From Eledone cirrhosa (Eukaryota), in assembly GCA_964016885.1 (NCBI GenBank), contig CAXHJY010001342.1, positions 62,001-126,000 of the forward strand: DNA of 64,000 bases, read 5' to 3'. A model generated the notes under the pieces. That model was not told where the DNA came from and did not search any database. It saw only the letters and a program-made list of their open reading frames with translations. Positions 38,934 through 52,013 of this stretch are shown here, piece by piece. Within the stretch, counting starts at the first letter, position 1; every line of letters begins with the position of its first letter. The translations under genes and the position numbers were made by a program.

Positions 38934-39020
38934 ATCTGAGTTCAAAACCAGCAGAGGTCAAATTTGCCTTTCATACTTTCGAGGTCGATAAAAAATAGTA
39001 CCAGTCCTATACTGGAATCA
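38934..39020 (+). mobile_element. tRNA-SINE fragment, diverged
   Basis: CTGAGTTCAAA..TTTGCCTTTCAT..GGTCGATAAA..GTACCAG. Confidence 0.7.
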
Positions 39021-39651
39021 ACTCTTTCTCTCTATCTTTTTCTAACTACCTCTCTATGTCTTTTGGAAGAAATCAGCTATATTCTGACCTGGAGCGGGGA
39101 TGAGTTCTTCCAGGTTTAAGATGCCCAAGATATGTCGTATGTCAGTCATTACAATGCGCCTACGACTCGACCAAGAAGTATAGTTTCATACATTCATATA
39201 TATATTATACTAAAACAATATTTACCCCTGTAATGTTTTGTTTGTCCGTCTTAAATTTCAGACTAACTATTTTGTTTGGTTTTATTTCTCCCTCTGTAAT
39301 TTCTCTTTTCTACATTTAATAACTAAACTATCTGTCTTTTACTATCACTCTTATCGTTTCACCTCTGATTCTTTTTATATTTAATCTACCGTTAGGTACA
39401 TAAATCTCTAGTATCTCTCTCTCACTTTCTCTCTCAATCACTCTCTTTTTCTCATTCTCGCTTTCTCTCACTCTCCCTTTCTCTCTATCTCTCCTACTTT
39501 TCGTCTCCTTTACTCTCTTTATATTTTTCACTCTCCCGGCTCTACATATGTCTCTCTTACTGTCCGTCTTTTTCTCTCACCCACTCTCTTTTACTTTATC
39601 CCCAGCTTTCTCACTCTCTCGTTTCTCTTTATTATTTTATTTGTCTTAAGG

Positions 39652-39872
39652 GTGGTGGATTGGCAGTATTGGTAGAGGGTCGGACGCCATGCTTAGCAGC
39701 ATAGAGTTACAGCCCTTTATGATCTGAGTTCAAATCCCGGTGAGGTTAGCTTTGCCTTTCATCTTTACAGGAGTCGATAAAATAAAGTACCAGTTACGCA
39801 CTGGGGTCGATTTAATCGACTGTCCCCTCCCCAAACATTGCTGGCCTTGTGCCTATACAAGAAACCATTATT
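39652..39872 (+). mobile_element. tRNA-derived SINE, full length
   Basis: A box, B box, core, GGGGTCGATTTAATCGAC and tail. Confidence 0.9.
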
Positions 39873-41204
39873 TTATTTGTCTTTATTATTTTCCGTCTCT
39901 CAGTCTTTCTTCTCTAACTCTCTCTTTCTACTAGGTTCCTCTCTCTTTTACATAGTCTCTTCCCGCCTTCCTTTTTATCAAATGCTCTTAATGCTTCTCT
40001 TTAGTTTTTATATACTCACACTTTTCTTCATTACTTATATACTCTCTTTCATTCATTCCTTACATTCACACCTTACATTCCTTCTTTCTCTCTCTCTCTC
40101 TCTCTCTCCCCCCCCCCCCCCCCTATCTCTCTCTCTCTCTCACTCCCTCTCTCTCTCTTTGTCCCTATTCTTACCTCCTTCTATTCCCTCTCCCACGTTT
40201 GTTTCTATTCAACATTTTATCCCGTTCACTCCCTCCTATTTCTCTTTAACCAGCCTATCTTCAAATCCAGCAGAAGTCACCTTCACCTTTCATCCTTTTG
40301 AGTTCGATAAGAAAGTACCAGTCCAATACTAGTGTTGATTCTTCCTGTATATCTCTTTCTCATTTTTTCTCTGACAACTCTTGGAAGAAATCGACTGTGT
40401 TTAGACCTGGAGAGGGATGGGCTCCGCCAAGATTAAGGTGCCCGAGATTCCATTAAAACTTACCTTTCTCTTTCTTTTTACTCCTCTCCCTCACTCTACT
40501 TCTCATTTATCGTTACTTTCCTTTCTCTATTTCACTCCTCCTCTTGTTCCCGCCTCATTATATTTCCTCCGACTCAATTTCTATTTCTTCCTTTACTCTA
40601 AACCTTCTTCTCTTGTTTCTCTCTGGGTGTTTCTTTCGCTTACTTCGTTTTTCCTTCCTACTCTCTGTATACACTTCCTCATCACATAAGCTTTAGCTGC
40701 CTTACCACCATAGGGACCCAGATTGTGAATCACGACAAAAATAAAAAAGACCCCCCCCCAAAAAAAAAACAACTGCTCACACTAATAACATATCATAAAA
40801 ATTTCACGATTGTACTTGTAGAGACCGCACACATTACCCATTGCAGAATAAATTCATATCCAGGGATATCGTATATAAATTTCTATATACATACATAGAG
40901 ACACACAACGCCACAATTGTATGTGGTGACAAGACACGAAGGACGAACTTTGAGCCATGCGGGAAAGCTTTGAAGGTTTCATTACTGGTGTTCAGATAAA
41001 CGTTTTGCCTTTCAAAATAGTTATAACCTAAATCTGAACATAAACGGAGGATCTACGTATTAATAACTGTTTCTACGTTAGGCACAAGGCCAGCAATTAC
41101 CCAGTGCATTACTGGATCTACGTATTAATAACAAGCAGATGGTATATGTTCAGATGTGATGATTAATCAATCAGATGTGATGATTAATGAGGCATTATAA
41201 TTTT

Positions 41205-41392
41205 GTGGATTGGCAGTATCGGTAGAGGGTCGGACGCCATGCTTTGACGCATAGAGTTACGGCCCTTGCAATTCTGAGTTCAAATCCCGCCAAGGTTAAC
41301 TTTGCCTTTCATCCTTACGGGGTCGATAAAATAAAATACCAGTAATGCACTGGTTATTTTGCTGGCCTTGTGCCTAACGTAGAAACAATTAT
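41205..41392 (+). mobile_element. tRNA-derived SINE, full length (inverted 3' fragment at 41062-41115)
   Basis: A box, B box, core and tail. Confidence 0.9.
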
Positions 41393-42014
41393 AATTCAAA
41401 CTCACAAATTTGCTTTGCAATAATGTGAATCGTATAGTGGGAACATATTTGTATATGTATATGAGTATGTATATGAATGTATATGTGCGTGTGTATATAT
41501 ATCTTAAATATAAAAGTATGTATATGCAGTTATATGCGTACATTCGTGTGTGTATAAGCATGTGTATTCCAGCATTATATATATGCATGTGTATATCTGT
41601 ATGTTTACTCATTATACATATATATATGCGTATGCTTACTTTGATATATGTATATGTGTGTGTTTATGCATATATACATATATACATATGCATGCTTACA
41701 TAGATATATGCGAGCCTATACAACTATCTGCACGTGTGTATATGTGTGTGTATACTTACGTTGGTGTGTATATATACATAAAAGCATGAGCATATGTATG
41801 CGTGTTCGCATATATTCGTGCGGATAAGTGTGTACTATTTGTAAATATGTTGGCGCAGAAAAAAAAGAGAAATATTGTTGTATATCTGAATCACAGAAAT
41901 AATATTTGATGTGTAAGTTAGTAACGTGGTTAGTACAATAAGTTGTATTTTCTTATATATTTTTTATCCTAACTTTTCATTTTTATTGATTTCTATCATA
42001 ATTATTACGCTCGT

Positions 42015-42527
<513 letters not shown>

Positions 42528-43203
42528 ACAATATCGATAAAATAAAGTATTAGTAATGTTGTACTGGGGGCGATTTAATTGAATTTCCTCTACCTATCTC
42601 CCACTCCGAAACTACTGGCCGTGCTCCAGTGCTAAAGAATTATGCTGGGAGAGGGTTTGTGAGCCCAGGACACCAGAAGTCCCCACAGCTATGAGTTCAA
42701 CAATAACGGTGTGTTAGAGAAACCGCTAAAGTGAAAGTTTGCCGGGCGACCAAACCTGGGTCTGAAGCTGAAATCCGCTAGGCTGCTGGTGGAGAAAGTA
42801 TCACTGCTGGTCACATCCCAGATGAAGGATGAAGGACTTACCATCTTGATCTAACCCTACCGGTTCTTGTTGTGACGGATAACCAGCTGCGCACAATCTA
42901 CGCTTAAGAAGTCTCATTGAGAGTTGTATGTCGCTGGAGGAGTCTGTGATTCTGTTGAAGGTTGTATTAATGGTGGTGATTGCAGTAGCGTTAATGGTGT
43001 TGGTGGTGATGGCGGTGGTGGTGGTTATGGCGGTGGTGGTGATGGTAGAAGTGATGATGGCGGTGGTAGTGATGGCGGATGTGGCGTTGCCTGTGATATC
43101 TTTCCCATTTAATGCATATAACTATCACCATTGGTAAAGTCATCAACATTTAATATCAGTCATTGCATCAATAAAACACATCACGCTTACAATGCCACCA
43201 CAG

Positions 43204-43295
<92 letters not shown>

Positions 43296-43536
43296 GCTGC
43301 TTTCACCATTCGTCGCCATACGCTTACTATAAATACCAATAACAACTCAGCATCAAGCTGTCTTTAATTAACATTAATTATGCAATTGTTCTCATAATCA
43401 GCGTGTTTTCGCTCATTCATACACGTATAGGTATTCACACGCACGCACACACATAGACACACACACATTTAAACACACGTAACTACGTGCACTCACATAC
43501 TTACTTCTATCAATATATTACATCAAACACGTTACC

Positions 43537-43570
<34 letters not shown>

Positions 43571-43615
43571 GTAGTGTATGTGAATATACTTTCCCGGGTG
43601 GTAATGTGTTTGATG

Positions 43616-43700
<85 letters not shown>

Positions 43701-43944
43701 TATCTATGTACATATATATATATATACACGTATATATATATATATATATATACACACACATATATATATTTATATATACATATATATCTATATATGTATA
43801 TATAAATATATATATATGTGTATATCTATATACATATGTATATATGCACATTTTAATATACATATTTATATATATATGTATATACATATATAAATACATA
43901 CGCATATATATTAATGAACATTCATATACATGTATATATATATG

Positions 43945-44044
<100 letters not shown>

Positions 44045-45377
44045 TATATATACATATATATCCTGTGTGTATGTGTGTGTGCGTGCGTGTGTGTTTCATT
44101 TATACACACTTGCATATGTGTCAATTTCATATTGACACAGTTCTTTATCGCACACTTCACTTACACACATAGGGAAACACTTCTCTGATGTTTTCCCCCC
44201 TGGGTTCCGATCGTCTCTTTGATTATCACTAATTAAATCTGTCACTCTTAAACGCCGAGATTCACCCACACCGCATATCGTCTGCTCAGCATTGCCTCCA
44301 CCACCCGTTAACCGCTATATGTTCAATAATTCTTCTCATTGTAGACACAGTTTCTATACTATCTCTGCCATCCTCCGAAATATTACCGCTCCCGATGGAA
44401 GCGATTATCAATACAAAGTATCAATATCTACTCTAAACTATGTAGCTACTATTTCTTCCTTGTTTGATTAATTTTACTAAAAAATATAATACATTACACA
44501 TATATACTTCAATGCACAAAACAGACACGGAACTGCAGTCTATCCCTGCTTCTCCATATCCAACACTACCCTTTCTTGAAGAAATTACACAGTACTAATG
44601 GTTTTCTTTTTCTCAGGGTCTCTATTTCTCTTCGTTCTGGCCTTCTTTGCCTTAGCATTTATCCAGTTTATTTACTGTTTTCTTCTGTCATCATAATTTT
44701 AATTAAGAACCTTTGTAAAGTGAAAAAGAAAATAAAGAAGGAAATTTAGATTGAGAAGAGAGAACGAAATGTAAAATAGGAAAATATAAAGAAAAAAGGA
44801 AAAAAAAACCGGTAGAGGGAAGAAAATGGGCTCTGGTGTTACAGAAGGGTTCGCCTGGTGGTTCTTTATTTTTACCTTTGCCACATACAGTGATATTGTT
44901 TGCACCACATGAAGTCTCACTCTTCGCGGCTCTTAGATCCGCCAGGGCTTTCGTAGGTCCTTTGTGACTCCTTTGTTTTCTTTACGTTTGTCTTCTTTTG
45001 TCTCTTCTTTGAAGAAATGGCTCAGCAGATCAGATCCACATGTAATTTTATCAACGTATAACTGCGAATAAATCCATTCTTTTTTCGCTGTTTGAGCCCA
45101 TTTAATTTAGTGTTGAACCAAATGTGATCAACACGTGGAAAAAAATACTTGAAATTTGTATATTAAGAGAAAAATACAAAAAAGAAAAGAGAAAATGTAG
45201 ACTTTACAAACATTAATAAGTGTATAATTTTCTTTCACGCTCTTTTGAAATTGGTTTGTAAACAAAGAAATTAGAGTTTTAATGAGATTTTACTAGCAGA
45301 GAAACAACTACGCCCAACACTTAAGATATATATATATATATGTATATATATACATACGAATATACACACACACACAC

Positions 45378-45453
<76 letters not shown>

Positions 45454-45609
45454 AAACGTAAGAGAAACAAACATAAGGACAATTCCCGCTCTTCGGCTGT
45501 CTGCTTTTGTCACTTTTAATATATACATATATATATATATTAAATAAATATGCGAGTGTGTGTGCACGCGTGTATATATATAAAATTACATTATGTGAAG
45601 TCTTGCTAT

Positions 45610-46382
45610 AAATATCAATAGACCTGGTAGAACATAGGGGACAATGTGAGCTGAGCCGCTTTCTATAAAGCCGAAATACAAATAGACCTGGTAGAACATA
45701 GGGGACGATGTGAGCTGAGCCGCTTTCTATAAAGCCGAAATACCAATAGACCTGGTAGAACATAGGGGACGATGTGAGCTGAGCCGCTTTCTATAAAGCC
45801 GAAATACCAATAGACCTGGTAGAACATAGGGAACGATGTGAGCTGAGCCGCTTTCTATAAAGCCGAAATACAAATAGACCTGGTAGAACATAGGGGACGA
45901 TGTGAGCTGAGCCGCTTTCTATAAAGCCGAAATACAAATAGACCTGGTAGAACATAGGGGACGATGTGAGCTGAGCCACTTTCTATAAAGCCGAAATACC
46001 AATAGACCTGATAGAACATAGGGGACGATGTGAGCTGAGCCACTTTCTATAAAGCCGAAATACAAATAGACCTGATAGAACGTAGGGGACGATGTGATCT
46101 GAGCCACTTTCTATAAAGCCGAAATATCGATAGACCTGGTAGAACATAGCGAACGATGTGATCTGAGCCACTTTCTATAAAGCCGAAATATCGATAGACC
46201 TGGTAGAACATAGCGAACGATGTGATCTGAGCCACTTTCTATAAAGCCGAAATATCGATAGACCTGGTAGAACATAGCGAACGATGTGATCTGAGCCACT
46301 TTCTATAAAGCCGAAATATCGATAGACCTGGTAGAACATAGCGAACGATGTGATCTGAGCCACTTTCTATAAAGCCGAAATA
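45610..46382. repeat. 64-bp minisatellite, 12 copies
   Basis: Unit AATAGACCTGGTAGAACATAGGGGACGATGTGAGCTGAGCCGCTTTCTATAAAGCCGAAATACA repeated head to tail with no unique spacers. Confidence 0.97.
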
Positions 46383-46453
46383 ACTTGTTGTTATATATGT
46401 ATATATTGATGTACTTTGGATTCCCCCGTCCACATTTCCCATCACTACTACTA

Positions 46454-46602
<149 letters not shown>

Positions 46603-47164
46603 CTTCTTCTTCTTCTTCTTCTTCTATTAATCTGAAATAATAAATTCATTCAAAGAATATCTTACTTATCGATAAATAAGTACTAGAGATGTAGCCGGAT
46701 ATAATTAATTCAAAATCACATTTCTGACCTTACAACCTCCAAGTAACAATTAATAATATGTCCTCCATTAATTGTAATATTAGCAACGAATGAAATAATT
46801 TTTTGTCCGTTTGTTATTAGCGACAATTCCTGGAGCCAGACAATCGTCAGATGTTTGGTACACTCTGTACATATTACTAACAAACTTCGAATACACTTCT
46901 CTCGGAGACAAATATTCATTATCTGGTCTTTTTATTGCATAGAATATGGTGTTAAGCGATTATATGGTAACTTTGAGGTGTCTGGTTCGATCGCATTACT
47001 CGGAAGCGCCTTGGTCGTGGGAATTATTTTCTACCACATCATAACAACAATAGATGCTATGTGATAATTGGTAGACAGAAATCGGATAGAAGACAGTGTG
47101 AGAAACTGTAAACGATCGTGACTGATGGAAGTAATCTATCGCACTGTCGAAGAAAACTAGACAG

Positions 47165-47195
<31 letters not shown>

Positions 47196-47220
47196 GTATT
47201 AGTAGTAGTAGTAGTAGTAG

Positions 47221-47270
<50 letters not shown>

Positions 47271-47342
47271 GTAGAGTTGGCGGCTACACCAATGTGAGTG
47301 TATTTATGTATTTATATACAAATAGACGTGATCGTGTGTTCG

Positions 47343-47433
<91 letters not shown>

Positions 47434-47443
47434 GTAGGTATAT

Positions 47444-47480
<37 letters not shown>

Positions 47481-48017
47481 CGCGCGTGTGTATACATATA
47501 TATGTGTGTGTGTGTGCACTGGAATTTCCGAACATCAGGGAATTAACAAAGAAAAATACACACATTTAATTACTACCACTATTGGCATCACCCCCACCCC
47601 CGCCATCATCACCATTATCCCCCCCCCCACCATCACCACCCCATAAATGAATTATCAGAGGATACCGAAACAGCTGCTCTATGATAATCTCGTAAGTGAA
47701 ATGTGCCTCCAGATTAGTGACTGTGTAACGTCCTCATTGAAAGCACTTGAAATATGTGACAAACATTATCACACCTGATGTCTCGTCTTTAAATCCTGAC
47801 ATGGTCAGTGATGCCTTTCATAATGTAGCACAACCATCCCATTCTTCTTCTTCTTCTTCTTCTTCTTCTTCTTCTTCTTCTTCTTCTTCTTCTTCTTCTT
47901 CTTCTTCTTCTTCTTCTTCTTCTTCTTCTTCTTCTTCTTCTCACTCCCCCTCTTCTTCCTTGTCATCATCTTCCTCTTCCTCCTCCAAGGACGAGAGTAA
48001 CCATTCGTCCTTGTATT

Positions 48018-48385
48018 ATTGGCAGTATCGGTAGAGGGTCGGACGCCATGCTTTCCAGCATAGTTACGTCCCTTTACGATCTGAGTTCAAATCCCGCCGA
48101 GGTTGACTTTGCCTTTCATCCTTACGGGGTCGATAAAATAAAGTACCAGTAATGCACTGGGTAATTGATGGCTTTGTGCCTAAAGTAGAAACAATTATTG
48201 GATTGGCAGTATCAGTAGAGGATCGGATGCCATGCTTTGACGTATAGAGTTACGGCCCTTGCCATTCTGAGTTCAAATCCCGCCGAGGTTAACTTTGCCT
48301 TTCATCCTTACGGGGTCGATAAAATAAAGTACCAGTAATGCACTTGGTAATTGCTGGCCTTGTGCCCAACGTAGAAACAATTATT
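48018..48385 (+). mobile_element. Two tRNA-SINE copies in tandem
   Basis: Full units at about 48018-48198 and 48199-48385. Confidence 0.9.
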
Positions 48386-48492
48386 AGATTCTACTCTGTT
48401 TATCTCTACACCTCGATACTAACGTGAACCTAAACATCGAGTGCTCATCCGGATGAACCTACAGTAACTTCGCGTTACACTCCCTGGATATA

Positions 48493-48551
<59 letters not shown>

Positions 48552-48558
<7 letters not shown>

Positions 48559-49152
48559 GAGAAAAATTGAGTGCTGCGTGGTTTCACATGGGTTACATAT
48601 GAACAAAATTAGTTCTTCATCAGTGATTTTCCAACCTTCATTGGTATTTCATCGCTTTAAAAATCATATACCAGTTGGTGAGAGCAATAGCTAAATAAAG
48701 CTATTGGGACAAGTAAATCGCGTAAAGCGAGCGAGACAAGTAAACAAACATATAAGGTATAGCAACGGAAAGATAGGAAGAAACAAGCACATGATATCCA
48801 TTCAGCTTAAGCTGGGTGAATTTCATGGGTGAGAGAGACAACAGACCACCCGACGTGAGTGAGGTGTGAGCGAGAAAGGACCCCACACAGGCCAAACGGG
48901 AGGAAGTGAGAAGGGGAGAAGCAGAGAGTGAGTGAGTGGAAGTGCGAGGAAGAGGCCAGTCGAGAGAAAGTGTGACTGACAGAGGGGGGCGAAAGAAGGT
49001 GAGAGATACAGAGAGAGGGAGGAAGCAGTAAGAGAGAAACAGACAAACGCAGCTGGGGAAAATATATATAAAAACATGAGAAGAATTGAGTGCTGCGTGG
49101 TTGCAGATGGGTTATATATGAAAAAAATAGTCCTTCATCAGTGATTTTCCAA
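48552..49152 (-). mobile_element. Family E copy with direct terminal redundancy
   Basis: 48552-48633 is repeated at about 49070-49152; body homologous to 26536-27025. Confidence 0.78.
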
Positions 49153-49161
49153 GAGAGAGAG

Positions 49162-49313
49162 AGAGAGATGTAAAACTTCGACCGCGACACCAAGCTGAAA
49201 CTGCTTGGCGCCGCGGCCGGGATTTTTCATTTCTCTATACCCACTCTGTATCTTCTCATGCATTGAGTACTCCCATGATTAGTGGTCACCTTCGTCTCAG
49301 AACCGCAGACTTT
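49162..49313 (+). mobile_element. Family C fold-back element (relative of family A)
   Basis: About 33-bp imperfect inverted arms around TGAAACT; half hammerhead GAAA CTGC ttggcgcc GCGG CC; tail TACCCACTCT..ATTGAGTAC as in family A. Confidence 0.72.
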
Positions 49314-49324
49314 ATCTCTCTCTC

Positions 49325-49378
<54 letters not shown>

Positions 49379-49421
49379 AAAGAACACAAGAGCGTCTACA
49401 ACACCCAACAGATTTTTATTG

Positions 49422-49466
49422 GCTTACAATGTTTCTTCCTTACGTAACCGTAGGATTCGTCAGAGC
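49422..49466 (-). ncRNA. Minimal type I hammerhead ribozyme
   Basis: Minus strand: GCT CTGACGA A TCCT ACG gtta CGT a AGGA A GAAA CATTG TA AGC; 170-nt island inside (TA)n. Confidence 0.68.
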
Positions 49467-49547
49467 TATAAAAGGGGTTTGATTGGTGTTATGGACTCTA
49501 CCAACCAAACATTCAAGAACAAAGAGTAAAGAGAGTAAAGAGCAAAA

Positions 49548-49601
<54 letters not shown>

Positions 49602-49613
49602 TATATATATATA

Positions 49614-49800
49614 ACGAAGGAAATGTGGTAAGGAACCAGATGGACCATAACGCACCAAAGTACTCAATACTTAGGGTAGTAGAGTGGGTAATAGGAACGA
49701 GTAGGACCCCGACGGCTGAGCTCAAGCCGTTTCGACGGCTAATAGTCCAGAATTAGCCGTTGAAACGGCTTGAGCTCAGCCGTCGGGGTCCTACTCGTTC

Positions 49801-49804
<4 letters not shown>
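49614..49804 (-). mobile_element. Family A fold-back element, copy 2
   Basis: Tail 49614-49690, palindrome 49691-49804; TA runs on both sides. Confidence 0.9.
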
Positions 49805-49832
<28 letters not shown>

Positions 49833-50461
49833 TTATATTTATATGTGTGTGTGTGTATATATATATATACACACACCACACATATATATATAAATACACA
49901 TACACATATATACATACACACACAGTTAACTATATATATATATATAGTTAACTATGTTTATATTTTATGTTTTGTGTGTCTGGTAATACATGTCTTGATT
50001 ACAAGTCTTGTAATAGTTTATACTTATTCGGATCATTTTCATATAATACAGCAGATACACATGTTACATGACTTAATCCACCTTTCTCATAAAGTCATAT
50101 TGTGAATTGATACCGATTTCTTTGTTCCTTATCCTTTGTTTACATACTGCACGGATTTCCGTTATTAACTTAATACCCTAATCAATACATAATGCATAAT
50201 TCAATATATTGTAGATGAAGGATCTATGTGGGAGGGACGAGTTGAATAAACACCTGATACCTTCTAGCTTGAAACTTTCAGTGTCTGTATTAACATCGTC
50301 GTCGTCGTCGTCGTTGTCATCATCATCATCATCATCATCATCATCACCACCACCGCCACCACCACCACCACCATCATCAGCATCATCATCATCACCACCA
50401 CCACCACCATCATAATCGTCATCGTCATCATCATCATCATCATCATCATCAGCATCATCAT

Positions 50462-50493
<32 letters not shown>

Positions 50494-50609
50494 CCACCAC
50501 CACCACCATCATCATCACCACCACCACCACCACCATCATCATCGTCATCGTCATCATCATTTATTTCTGCTATAAAAGGTGGGATAAGTGAAAAAATGCT
50601 GTTTGTTAA

Positions 50610-51830
50610 AATAATTGTTTCTACTTTTGGCACACGGTCAGCAATTATCTCAGTGTATTACTGCTACTTTATTTTATCGACTCCGTAAGGCAAAGTTAAC
50701 CTCGGTGGGATTTGAACTCAGACCATAAAGGGCCGTAGCTCTTTGCTGCAAAACATAGCGTCTGACCATCTACCGATACTGATGGGCTTCATTTTGTTTC
50801 TCGAATATTTGAGATCAATGACATAAGCATCAAAGTTGTGGTGGGTGTATGTTATATAATCTATACACGTCTCTAAATATGAGGCCTTGACAAAAATCTT
50901 TACATAATATTAATTTCTGATTTAGATACAAGGTCAGAAAGTTTTGGGGAAGGGAAATGTCGATTAAATGACCCCCAGTAATTTACTTGTATTTTATTTT
51001 ATCGACCCCTGAATGATGAAGTGCAAAGTTGACTTCTGTGGTATTTGAACTCAGAACCAAGAAATTCGTACTTAAATACCACAAAGCCTTTTCTCTAACA
51101 ATCAATCGCCCTTATCTTTTGTTAATATTATTGATCGGTGGATTGGCAAAATCGGTAGAGAGTGGGACTAAATGCTTCGCAGCGTCGAATTAAGCCCCTT
51201 TACGTTATGATTTCAAATCTTGCCGAGGTTAGCTTTGTCTTTCATCCTTACGAGGGGGTCAATAAAATAAATTACCAGTAAGAACTGGGGTCGATTTAAT
51301 CAACTTTCCAGTCCCTTCAAATTGCTGGCCTTGTGCGTAAAGTAGAAACAATTATTGATAAACCAGGCAGTAGATTAGCAGAAAAAAATGGGTTGGGGAT
51401 TTATTACAGCTCTTTGCGTTCTGAGTTCAAATCTCGCTACCGACGTTGATGAAATAAGGTACAGGCCATATACAAGAGCCAAGTAAACTGCGTAGCACCT
51501 TCCCTCATTATTTTAGGCTTGGACTGGCAGTATCGGTAGAGTTACGGCCCTTTATGATCTGAGTTCAAATCCCGCCGAGGTTAACTTTGCCTTTCATGCT
51601 TACGAGGTCGATAAAATAAAGTACCAGTAATACACTGGGATAATTGCTGGCCTTGTGCCAAAAGTAGAAACAATTATTCTAGGCTAGTGCCTATGTTAGA
51701 AACAGTATTATGGTCAACTTTGCTTTTCATCCTTAGAGAATCGATACAGAAAATAGTTAGTCATATACCGAGATCGATATAATGGAATGTACCACACCTT
51801 CAATGTGCTGTGCCTATGCTAAACACCATT
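50610..51830. mobile_element. Cluster of tRNA-SINE copies (two on -, about four on +)
   Basis: Core or B box at about 50610-50780 (-), 50915-51090 (-), 51137-51357 (+), 51410-51470 (+), 51521-51678 (+), 51712-51830 (+). Confidence 0.82.
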
Positions 51831-51975
51831 CTAATCGTGACACTTACAACTATCATTTCTTAGCAGAACTATTTTCTCATTAAGATAAAATTAGAAAATA
51901 GTAATAAAAATACATGACTGACAAATTAATTAATAAACCTAATGACTATTACATACCTATTCACACATACACTTA

Positions 51976-52013
<38 letters not shown>

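Noticed and set aside
39652-39740. tRNA genes at the A and B boxes
   Set aside because: They run into the SINE core and lack a full cloverleaf; they are SINE heads
45610-46382. CRISPR array or tandem retrozyme
   Set aside because: No unique spacers, eukaryotic context, no cas genes; CTGAGCC does not fit CUGANGA and stems I and III do not close
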